Below, in pieces: positions 10,519-17,984 of a DNA stretch of 64,000 bases. Origin of the DNA: an uncultured Chitinophagaceae bacterium (lineage in GTDB: Bacteria > Bacteroidota > Bacteroidia > Chitinophagales > Chitinophagaceae); assembly GCA_963846405.1 (NCBI GenBank), contig CAWJVU010000010.1, positions 342,824 to 406,823 on the forward strand. The letters are read 5' to 3'. Made by a program: the position numbers and the translations under genes. A model generated the notes under the pieces. That model made no database searches and was not told where the DNA came from. It was given only the letters and a program-made list of their open reading frames with translations. Position 1 is the first letter of the stretch. The number at the start of each line of letters is the position of its first letter.

Positions 10519-10749
10519 TTTCTTCGCGTTTATTCTCGTTTTAAAATCCGTTTTAGTAGAGCCGACAGCACCGGCCACCCAATATTCGCGGGGTTGGTCC
10601 GTTGTTGATGCTTCCTTTAATTCCCAGTCCTGCAAAAGGCGAACTCGCAGAACGTAGAAGAACATTCCGCATCCTCAAGGGACTGGCCGCGGGGCGGATA
10701 ACAGGCTGCTCGGGTTTCGCCCCTCATTAGGGAACTCTTCCTTTGCCGG

Positions 10750-10938
10750 CCGATGACGCCGAACTCATCTTTTTGCATTCCAATGCTCTACCATTAAGCA
10801 ATCTGCGTTAAAAGCAGAGTGGGATTCGAACCCACACAGGTGCTATTGTTCTAACCGCTGAACTACCCCGGTATCCGGGAGAAGGATTCGAACCTTCGAC
10901 CTATAGCGTTCACTGTATATACCTTAGTTCGTCAACAG
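10750..10938 (-). ncRNA. Y-RNA/YrlA-like RNA with two circularly permuted tRNA-like modules inside a closing helix
   Basis: Two T-arms (GAAGG-UUCGAAU-CCUUC and GUGGG-UUCGAAU-CCCAC), each followed by a loop-closed acceptor hairpin and then a D-arm. The ends CUGUUGACGAACU and AGUUCGGCGUCAUCGG pair. Confidence 0.75.
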
Positions 10939-11049
10939 CATACAGAAAGTTACTACCTCTGCACTGCGGTGCCTTGTAAAGCCCTCACCCGGGTTGCGAG
11001 TTTCGGGTATACACATAGTTGTCCCTTTCGGGAATATTCTTATTTATTT

Positions 11050-11553
11050 TTATTGAACCATTTTATTTGCGCAGGCCGAGCTCGCGAAGGCTTCGGGTTT
11101 GGCTTTGAAAACAAAGCCCATTCCGAGGATATAGCCCATCGCTTCCTTCAGTGCGTCATTGCTTTTGAAATTCGGATTCGTGTTAATGTCGGCATGGACC
11201 TCCAGGTCAACGTCATACAAGGTAAAGAGGCGCGATAAGGAGAAGGCGACTTCGATACTTTTCCCCACTTCCTGCAACATTCTCTCCTTGATGCTCATCT
11301 TCCGCGTAGTCGTTTCGGGCCGGACATACATAAAACCACCCCGCCCTTTCCGGAGGAAAACGATTACCGTCGCAAACTCCGTCCGGTTGGCCTTGACCTG
11401 GCTGTCCGTACCGATGCACACTTTGAGCTGGCTGCCCCGCGCTTTTTCTTTTACGAGGACAGACCGGATCTCATCTTCGATAGAGCCCTTGATCAGGGTG
11501 CCATCGGCTTTCCGCCATTTCCTTAACTGTTCCATAGCTTTATCTTTTATCAT
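11050..11553 (-). CDS. Ribonuclease H-like YkuK (DUF458) family protein
   Basis: IGTDSQ, ERMLQEV..SIE, LEVHADIN, KPEAFASSACA. Confidence 0.85.
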   Translation of the reverse strand: MIKDKAMEQLRKWRKADGTLIKGSIEDEIRSVLVKEKARGSQLKVCIGTDSQVKANRTEFATVIVFLRKGRGGFMYVRPETTTRKMSIKERMLQEVGKSIEVAFSLSRLFTLYDVDLEVHADINTNPNFKSNDALKEAMGYILGMGFVFKAKPEAFASSACANKMVQ

Positions 11554-11573
11554 ATTACGCTAATCCCGCATAG

Positions 11574-11646
11574 TGGTGCCCCGGGGGATCGAACCCCGAT
11601 GACCGGTCTTTCAAACCGGCGCAAGAACCATCTCTGCCAAAGCACC
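11574..11646 (-). tRNA. tRNA-Phe(GAA), atypical sequence
   Basis: Acceptor GGUGCUU/GGGCACC-A, anticodon arm CCGGU-UUGAAAG-ACCGG, T-arm CGGGG-UUCGAUC-CCCCG. No encoded CCA. Confidence 0.85.
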
Positions 11647-11659
11647 AATCATCCATTTG

Positions 11660-11732
11660 TTGGCCCGCTGGGACTTGAACCCAGAACCCCCGGATTAAAA
11701 GTCCGGTGCCTCTACCGTTGAGCTACGAGCCA
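11660..11732 (-). tRNA. tRNA-Lys(UUU), U1-A72
   Basis: Acceptor UGGCUCG/CGGGCCA-A, anticodon arm CCGGA-CUUUUAA-UCCGG, T-arm CUGGG-UUCAAGU-CCCAG. Confidence 0.88.
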
Positions 11733-11748
11733 TTAAATCACACCACAC

Positions 11749-11774
11749 AAAAACCCGGTCTGTCGGGACCGGGC
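11749..11774 (-). terminator. Attenuator terminator 2
   Basis: GCCCGGUC-CCGACA-GACCGGGU-UUUUG immediately before tRNA-Lys. Confidence 0.8.
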
Positions 11775-11797
11775 TATCCATTGGCGGACGTCTTTTA

Positions 11798-11881
11798 TCA
11801 GGACATCCGTTTAGATCGGCCCGGTCTGGGATATGGATATACGTTGCCCATGCAGGAATAAAATCGGTCTTTAAGGACCAT
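11798..11881 (-). CDS. Putative leader peptide 2 (27 aa, MVLKDRFYSCMGNVYPYPRPGRSKRMS)
   Basis: Its 3' codons contain GACCGGGC, complementary to the 5' arm of terminator 2. Confidence 0.6.
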   Translation of the reverse strand: MVLKDRFYSCMGNVYPYPRPGRSKRMS

Positions 11882-11950
11882 ATTTCCTCGTGAAGGCAAT
11901 AGGGCGATATTCGTCTTTTTTTGTCTCAGCAAATGATGCGCTTTACTTTC

Positions 11951-11980
11951 AACAAAAAACCCCGCAATCTCTTGCGGGGC
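11951..11980 (-). terminator. Attenuator terminator 1
   Basis: GCCCCGCAA-GAGA-UUGCGGGGU followed by a U-tract. Confidence 0.85.
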
Positions 11981-12008
11981 TTGTCTTTTATCGATGTGAT
12001 CGGTAAAT

Positions 12009-12101
12009 CTATTCCATAGCAAGACATGCCCCGCGACTGGTCTGGTCCACCAGGGTCCTAAACCAATTCTCCATTTTTCTATTTTGACCTATCGGGCGCA
12101 T
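12009..12101 (-). CDS. Putative leader peptide 1 (30 aa, MRPIGQNRKMENWFRTLVDQTSRGACLAME)
   Basis: Short ORF right after the promoter. Its 3' codons contain GCGGGGCAUGUCUU, complementary to AAGACAAGCCCCGC at the 5' arm of terminator 1. Confidence 0.6.
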   Translation of the reverse strand: MRPIGQNRKMENWFRTLVDQTSRGACLAME

Positions 12102-12120
12102 TGTTAAAATTTTTGCGATG

Positions 12121-12153
12121 CAAAGATGATAATAATTTTTCGATCATACCAAA
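12121..12153 (-). promoter_or_regulatory. Bacteroidota sigma-70-type promoter (-33 TTTG / -7 CATCTTTG)
   Basis: TTTG-N21-CATCTTTG, one mismatch to TAnnTTTG, about 20 nt before leader ORF 1. Confidence 0.55.
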
Positions 12154-12242
12154 TTTTATGAAAACTATTTTTAAGATTTCGTAAATTGGGTGAAATAACG
12201 ACATGAGAAGGCTTCTTCAAATCACGCCCAAAACAACTGTGT

Positions 12243-12701
12243 ATGAAGAACATATTCTTCCTGACGTTTTCACTCCTCAGCGGAGGTCTCATCCTCGATA
12301 GCCCTGCCTTCATCGATCCAACGGGCACCTATATCCTAAAAGGGGAAGTAAAGAACAGCAAGATCATCAGCCATTATGGCGAAATACGCGTACACCTGTT
12401 GGACAGCAACACGGTCGCCTTGTGCTTTTATATCAATAACGGATATCCCGGCTATGAGACCGGGTCACTCGTGGACACGTTGCGTTACGAAGAAAACCGC
12501 GCGATCTATCATCCAGCCAGTGATTCTTCCTGCGCGATCTATTTTGCGTTCGATTGGCGTTCGGCGGCCATTTCGAAGGAGTTGTCGGACCCACATTCTG
12601 GCTGCGGCTTTCGTCCGGACGTAATTGTCCCTGCGGTATTCGATAAGACCTCTTCTGAGATTCCCGTGATCCAGGATCTATCACAACACGGAAGCTTCTA
12701 A
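12243..12701 (+). CDS. Hypothetical secreted protein
   Basis: Signal-peptide-like N-terminus; 152-aa ORF. Confidence 0.6.
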   Translation: MKNIFFLTFSLLSGGLILDSPAFIDPTGTYILKGEVKNSKIISHYGEIRVHLLDSNTVALCFYINNGYPGYETGSLVDTLRYEENRAIYHPASDSSCAIYFAFDWRSAAISKELSDPHSGCGFRPDVIVPAVFDKTSSEIPVIQDLSQHGSF

Positions 12702-12740
12702 CAAAGATGCCGCAATGTTCCGCGGTCCTGGCGTGTCCCC

Positions 12741-13475
12741 TTATAATTTCGGTTTGCGGTAGTGACCAAAGAGCGTATATCCGACGGTAAAGTTCCAGAA
12801 ATCGTTGCCAAGGTCGGTGTAAGTGGTATGATACAACTCTGTAAATCCACGATTGTAACTGGCGGAAAAATCAAATCGTTTATACGAAAACCCCAACAGT
12901 ACATCGGCGCCAAAGTCAAAGGCCGTAACATTCGACATCCCGCCCGGAGCATAGGACGGGTTGCTGCTGGTATGCAACTTATTGTTGATGGCATAAGCGC
13001 TCGGCTCGTCCGTGGAGAGATAGATGATCTGATAGTACCCTTTCTCTGTACCCCCGATGTTCTTGGCGAGGTAGGGTCCGACCCCGATGAACACCTTCCA
13101 TTTGTTGCTTATGGCATATTTGTATACCAGATTTATCGGAAGACGGACCGAATTGATCCGCAGATAAGTGCTGGAGTAGCCGATGGCATAATTACCATTA
13201 TCCTGAAAACCTTGCGTATTGCCAAAATTGGTTCCATTTTCCGCATACATCAGCGCGGGTTGAAGAACCAGGCCGGAGTAGCCAAGATCCCATTCCGCAA
13301 ACAGACCGGCCTGAAAACCGTTGAGCTGCCGCGTCTGCGCCCCCGTCGGTAACCCGCCGATCTGATCCGTCTGCCACATATTGAGTGAGCTGAATGAGCC
13401 CTGGACACCAAGACGAAGTTGTGCGAAAAGATGCGTGGACGACAAACATAAAACACAGACAATCAATTTTTTCAT
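12741..13475 (-). CDS. Outer-membrane beta-barrel (PorT-like/porin family) protein
   Basis: Signal peptide, GFQAG, LQPALMY, LPINLVYK, GVGPY, alternating beta-strand pattern. Confidence 0.75.
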   Translation of the reverse strand: MKKLIVCVLCLSSTHLFAQLRLGVQGSFSSLNMWQTDQIGGLPTGAQTRQLNGFQAGLFAEWDLGYSGLVLQPALMYAENGTNFGNTQGFQDNGNYAIGYSSTYLRINSVRLPINLVYKYAISNKWKVFIGVGPYLAKNIGGTEKGYYQIIYLSTDEPSAYAINNKLHTSSNPSYAPGGMSNVTAFDFGADVLLGFSYKRFDFSASYNRGFTELYHTTYTDLGNDFWNFTVGYTLFGHYRKPKL

Positions 13476-13613
13476 ACGCGTCTATTGAGTTTATTTTAGG
13501 ACCGGCAAACTATAACTTTTGCTGCAATTGGGATACGTTTTAACATTCCCATAACCTCTAAAACCACCTGTAACTCGGCCTCGGTCCAAAAAACCCCGGC
13601 AAAAATAAATGAA

Positions 13614-14465
13614 TTGACCTTCAAAAACTTTAATTTGTTAATAAAAGCCGTGACCCGCTCCCGATTTATCCTTTTGGCGCTATGTTCCCTGGCTGCTTGC
13701 AACGGTCGGTCAGGAGAAAACCCCGGTGCGCAACCTCCCATTCTTGCCGTCCCGATAATAAATTACGCTGTCGGACAGGTCTACCCGCATGATACAACTT
13801 CCTATACGGAAGGTTTTGTCTTTTATGATCACCATTTTTATGAGAGCAGCGGCGCCCCGGAGGAATTACCGCAGACCAAATCGATGATCGGGATCGATGA
13901 CCTTGGCACCGGAAAGCTCGACAAAAAGGTCGAACTGGACCGGCGAACGTATTTTGGCGAAGGCATCGTATTCTTGAAAGGAAAGCTATACCAATTGACC
14001 TACAAGAACCATACGGGATTCATCTATGATGCGGCGACATTCCGCCGGATGGACAGCTTTACCTTCGCCAATAAAGAAGGCTGGGCACTGACAACCGACA
14101 GTAATTCGCTGATCATGAGCGATGGCACCTCGAATCTGACTTATCTTGACCCGGTAAGTCTTAAGCCGGTCAAAGTTCTGGCAGTAACACTCAACGGCGC
14201 GCCACTGGATAGTCTGAACGAACTCGAGTATATTGACAAATATATCTATGCCAATCGCTTTACGCAGAATTACCTGGTGAAGATCGACCCGGTCGATGGG
14301 AAGGTGATCGGCAAGCTGGACTTGACATCGCTGGTCGAACAGGAAAAGAACCGAAACCCTTACTGTGATGTGCTGAATGGGATCGCGTTTGATCCTTATT
14401 CCAAAAAGGTCTTTGTCACGGGCAAACTGTGGTCGGGTATTTACGAGATCAAATTTAGTCATTAG
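13614..14465 (+). CDS. Glutaminyl-peptide cyclotransferase (lipoprotein)
   Basis: YPHDTTSYTEG, FGEGI, EGWALT, LNELEY, VLNGIA, VTGKLW. Confidence 0.9.
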   Translation: MTFKNFNLLIKAVTRSRFILLALCSLAACNGRSGENPGAQPPILAVPIINYAVGQVYPHDTTSYTEGFVFYDHHFYESSGAPEELPQTKSMIGIDDLGTGKLDKKVELDRRTYFGEGIVFLKGKLYQLTYKNHTGFIYDAATFRRMDSFTFANKEGWALTTDSNSLIMSDGTSNLTYLDPVSLKPVKVLAVTLNGAPLDSLNELEYIDKYIYANRFTQNYLVKIDPVDGKVIGKLDLTSLVEQEKNRNPYCDVLNGIAFDPYSKKVFVTGKLWSGIYEIKFSH

Positions 14466-14468
14466 AAT

Positions 14469-15498
14469 ATGCGTGTATTATTTGTCGTAATTGCCGCAAG
14501 CTGCTTCCTGGTCTTTAGCAGCTGCCACACACCGGAAGGGTCACCTTCAGCCGGCCCTGACAGCGTCGGAAAAGTAGAGTTATATGACCCCTCCGCCGCC
14601 ACTTTTATCGACAGCAATGCGGTGATCGAGGTCATCGGTCATCATTATAAATGGTCGGAAGGTCCGATCTGGGTACCATCAAAGAAGATGCTGCTTTTTT
14701 CAGCGGTGCGCGAAAACACGATTTACCGCTGGAGCGGCGTGGACACCCCTGTCCCCTATCTGACGCCTTCGGGTTATACCGATACAGCTTTCCGGGATGG
14801 AGAGAATGGGTCCAACGGGTTGACCCTGGACCGGGAAGGTCGGTTACTGCTATGCCAGTCGGGCAACCGGCAGGTGGTCCGTCTCGATGCGCCGCTCGAT
14901 TCGCCCAAACCGGCATTCACCATCCTGGCCGCGAATTATCAGGGGAAAAAATTCAATAGCCCCAACGACCTCGTTGTAGACAGCAAGGACAATATTTATT
15001 TCACCGATCCGATCTATGGGTTACCGAAGCACGAGAATGATCCCACCCGGGAACTAAAATTCGAGGGGGTGTATAAGATCGCTCCCGATGGCAAGCTCTC
15101 ATTGCTGATCGACAGCATTTCCCGGCCGAACGGCATTGCGCTTTCGCTGGATGAGAAAATCCTGTATGTCGGCAGCAGCGACGACGACCACACGCATTGG
15201 GATGCATTTCAACTGGACAGCAAGGGCGCCATCCGTAGCGGCGGCCTTCTCCTCGACGGCGCACCCTTGAAAGCGCAAGGCAGCGGTAAAACAAGGTGCC
15301 GATGGGTTCAAGATCGACCGCTTCGGAAATCTTTTTGCAGCCGGACCGGATGGAGTGAATATCATCAGCCCGGCAGGGAAGTTACTGGGGTTGATCCGGA
15401 TCTACAATCGCCCCGCGTCGAACTGTGCGTTCAATGAAACAAAGGACGTGTTGTACATCACCGCGTCAGATGAATTGTTGAGGGTAAGGATTAAATAG
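14469..15498 (+). CDS. SMP-30/gluconolactonase family protein (frameshift near 15280)
   Basis: WSEGPIW, GSNGL, FNSPNDL, FTDPIYG, RPNGIA; the shifted frame has ADGFKID. Confidence 0.85.
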
Positions 15499-15539
15499 AA
15501 TTTAATAAAATGGGCTATATTTATCCAAACGAACTGACG

Positions 15540-15890
15540 ATGAAGTTCTTGTCCCTGACCCCCTTCGTCCCCTCCGGCAGCAAGTACGAAGAGTCCAAAC
15601 AACTCTTCCAGGAACTGGGTTTCACCCTCGACTGGGAGTCCGGCGGCATGGCGGGTTTCAGCGCCGACAGCTGCAGTTTCATCTTACAAAAGTTCGACCG
15701 GAAAGAATTCGCCGAAAATTTCATGCTTTCCGTCCGTGTAAACAGCGCCGAAGAATTCCGAAATATGGTGCTCGAAAAAAAACTCCCGGAGCGTTTTGGG
15801 ATCCGGATCGGCCAGGTAAAGCAGCAGCCATACGGGCAAGAAGTAAACATAATCGATATCGCCGGCGTCTGCTGGCATTTTGTTGAATAA
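15540..15890 (+). CDS. Glyoxalase/VOC-like small protein
   Basis: PFVPS..SKQLFQELGF, QPYGQEVNIIDIAGVCWHF. Confidence 0.65.
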   Translation: MKFLSLTPFVPSGSKYEESKQLFQELGFTLDWESGGMAGFSADSCSFILQKFDRKEFAENFMLSVRVNSAEEFRNMVLEKKLPERFGIRIGQVKQQPYGQEVNIIDIAGVCWHFVE

Positions 15891-15892
15891 AT

Positions 15893-16738
15893 ATGAAAAT
15901 AAGACTGCCATTTCTCTTGCTATTCGTATTGACGGGGTCCCTCAACATTCAGGCCCAATCCCCGGATTATAAAGTCTACGCGATCCGGTTCGCCGCTAGC
16001 GCTCACCCGGCTTCCGTTTCTGTCTTTGCAGACTCAGGCCCGAGCACCGATAGCGTCAACATGGTCTTTTCCATCTGGCTCATAAAAGGCGACAACGGAA
16101 AAAATATCCTCGTCGATGCCGGCTTTCTTAACGGCCCGCAGGCAAAGTATTTCGATCTCGCGAATTATATCCGTCCCGATTCGGCACTCGCAAGACTAGG
16201 CCTTAAAGCCGCCGACATCACCGACATCATCCTCAGCCACCCGCATTGGGACCATATCGACGGCGTCGGACTTTTCCCCAACGCCCATATCTGGATCCAG
16301 AAGGAAGACTACAACTATTTCGTGGGCGCATCCTGGGCCAGTGACAGCACCTCCGTTTATGATAAGGGAGATGTCCGGACGATGGTCGAACTGAACATGG
16401 CCCACAAAGTAACACTCGTTGATGGCGACAATAAGGAGATCATCCCAAAAATAAGAGTCTATACCGGCTCCCGGCATACCTTCAACTCCCAATATGTCGT
16501 CGTTCAAACAAAATCGAAATCCATCGTCCTCGCCTCCGACAACATCTGGATCTATTACAGCCTGGATCATATGGTACCCGCATCAAAAGGCGGAACCCTC
16601 GACCCTGCCGGTTATGTTCGCGCCATGCAGCGCATGAAAACCCTGGCCTCCTCGCCAAAATATATCATTCCCGGCCATGACGGAAAGGTCTTTACGATGT
16701 TTCCCGTCGTGGCGGACGGGGTAGTCCGAATCGAATAG
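15893..16738 (+). CDS. Metallo-beta-lactamase-fold hydrolase (N-acyl homoserine lactonase family), secreted
   Basis: LVDAG, SHPHWDHIDG, HT, LASD, IPGHD. Confidence 0.85.
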   Translation: MKIRLPFLLLFVLTGSLNIQAQSPDYKVYAIRFAASAHPASVSVFADSGPSTDSVNMVFSIWLIKGDNGKNILVDAGFLNGPQAKYFDLANYIRPDSALARLGLKAADITDIILSHPHWDHIDGVGLFPNAHIWIQKEDYNYFVGASWASDSTSVYDKGDVRTMVELNMAHKVTLVDGDNKEIIPKIRVYTGSRHTFNSQYVVVQTKSKSIVLASDNIWIYYSLDHMVPASKGGTLDPAGYVRAMQRMKTLASSPKYIIPGHDGKVFTMFPVVADGVVRIE

Positions 16739-16751
16739 CACAAAACTACAC

Positions 16752-17918
16752 ATGAGCAAACCCACTCCCACCCTCTACCTGCAATCCAAGCCCCACTATG
16801 AGATCCTCGATGGTCTCCGTGGCGTAGCAGCCCTTGCCGTCGTTATCTTTCATTGTTTTGAAGTGTTTACGTTCGACAATCGCTTCGTCCAGTTGATGAA
16901 CCATGGTTATCTGGCCGTGGATTTCTTCTTCCTGCTCTCGGGCTTTGTCATCGCCTATTCCTACGATGACCGCTGGGTGAAGATGACACAATGGGACTTT
17001 TACAAACGGCGGTTGATCCGGCTGCAGCCGATGGTCATCATGGGCTCACTAATCGGTGCGGCACTTTTCTACTTCCAACCTTCGGAGGTATTCCCCCTCA
17101 TCGCGGGAACCCCGGTCTGGAAGATGCTACTCGTAACGGTGATCGGCGCAACCCTCATCCCCATTCCCATTTCCTGGGATATCCGCGGCTGGACCGAGAT
17201 GCATCCGCTAAACGGTCCGGCATGGTCACTGTTCTTCGAATATATCGGCAATATCCTCTACGCCGTGCTGGTCCGCCGGTTCTCCAAAGTGTTGTTGGGC
17301 TTATTCGTATTCGCGTCGGCCGTCCTCCTGGTCCAATTTGCAGTCTGGGGCGGTCAGGGCGACATGATCGGCGGCTGGGCGTTGGACGCCAGACAACTTC
17401 ACATCGGATTTGCCCGGCTCCTGTATCCCTTCTTCGCCGGGGTGCTCCTTTGCCGGCTGGGTAAGCTGATCCAAATCAAATATGCTTTCGGGATTTGCAG
17501 CCTCATGATCCTGGCTATCTTCAGCATTCCACGGCTAGGCGGCGCAACGAACCTTTGGATGAATGGTCTCTACGAGTCCTTCGCGATCATTATCCTCTTT
17601 CCCCTGATCGTATCCATCGGCGCTGGCGGGCATATCAGGGGCCAACGGGCCGCCCGGCTCTGCAAATGGCTGGGTGACATCTCCTATCCGCTCTATATTA
17701 CCCACTATCCCTTGATTTACTGCTTCTGGGCCTGGGTCCACAACAAAAAGATCCCTGCGGCAAAAGGAATGCCGGGCGTACCATCGGCAGAAGGATTATT
17801 GGGGACGTTGATCTTGTTTATCCTCGCGGTTTCGATCGCATACGCCTGCCTTAAATTATACGATGAGCCGGTAAGGGCATGGTTAAAAGCCAAATGGGGA
17901 CGGATCGCAGCCAAGTAA
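16752..17918 (+). CDS. Acyltransferase family 3 protein
   Basis: LDGLRGVAA, AVDFFFLLSGFV, WSLFFE, LGDISYPLYITH. Confidence 0.92.
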   Translation: MSKPTPTLYLQSKPHYEILDGLRGVAALAVVIFHCFEVFTFDNRFVQLMNHGYLAVDFFFLLSGFVIAYSYDDRWVKMTQWDFYKRRLIRLQPMVIMGSLIGAALFYFQPSEVFPLIAGTPVWKMLLVTVIGATLIPIPISWDIRGWTEMHPLNGPAWSLFFEYIGNILYAVLVRRFSKVLLGLFVFASAVLLVQFAVWGGQGDMIGGWALDARQLHIGFARLLYPFFAGVLLCRLGKLIQIKYAFGICSLMILAIFSIPRLGGATNLWMNGLYESFAIIILFPLIVSIGAGGHIRGQRAARLCKWLGDISYPLYITHYPLIYCFWAWVHNKKIPAAKGMPGVPSAEGLLGTLILFILAVSIAYACLKLYDEPVRAWLKAKWGRIAAK

Positions 17919-17984
17919 AATTTTAGTGAGCCCCGTCTTAAAAATTTTCGTCAGTTTTGGTGGACAAAAAAACACCAACGTTTT

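Noticed and set aside
10519-10665. N-terminal extension of slipin
   Set aside because: Not protein-like and overlaps RNA helices; ATG 10518 has a typical A-rich Bacteroidota initiation context.
10590-10690. HDV-like ribozyme
   Set aside because: P1/P2 crossing is present, but there is no compact P3/L3 abutting P1 and no recognisable J4/2 catalytic C.
10780-10907. Two ordinary tRNA genes (GGTTCGAATCC T-loops)
   Set aside because: The arm order is T-acceptor-D, the acceptor stems are closed hairpins and there is no anticodon loop, so they cannot be canonical tRNAs.
11798-12022. 74-aa ORF from the track
   Set aside because: It starts at TTG and runs through terminator 1; only the ATG-initiated last 27 codons fit the attenuator layout.
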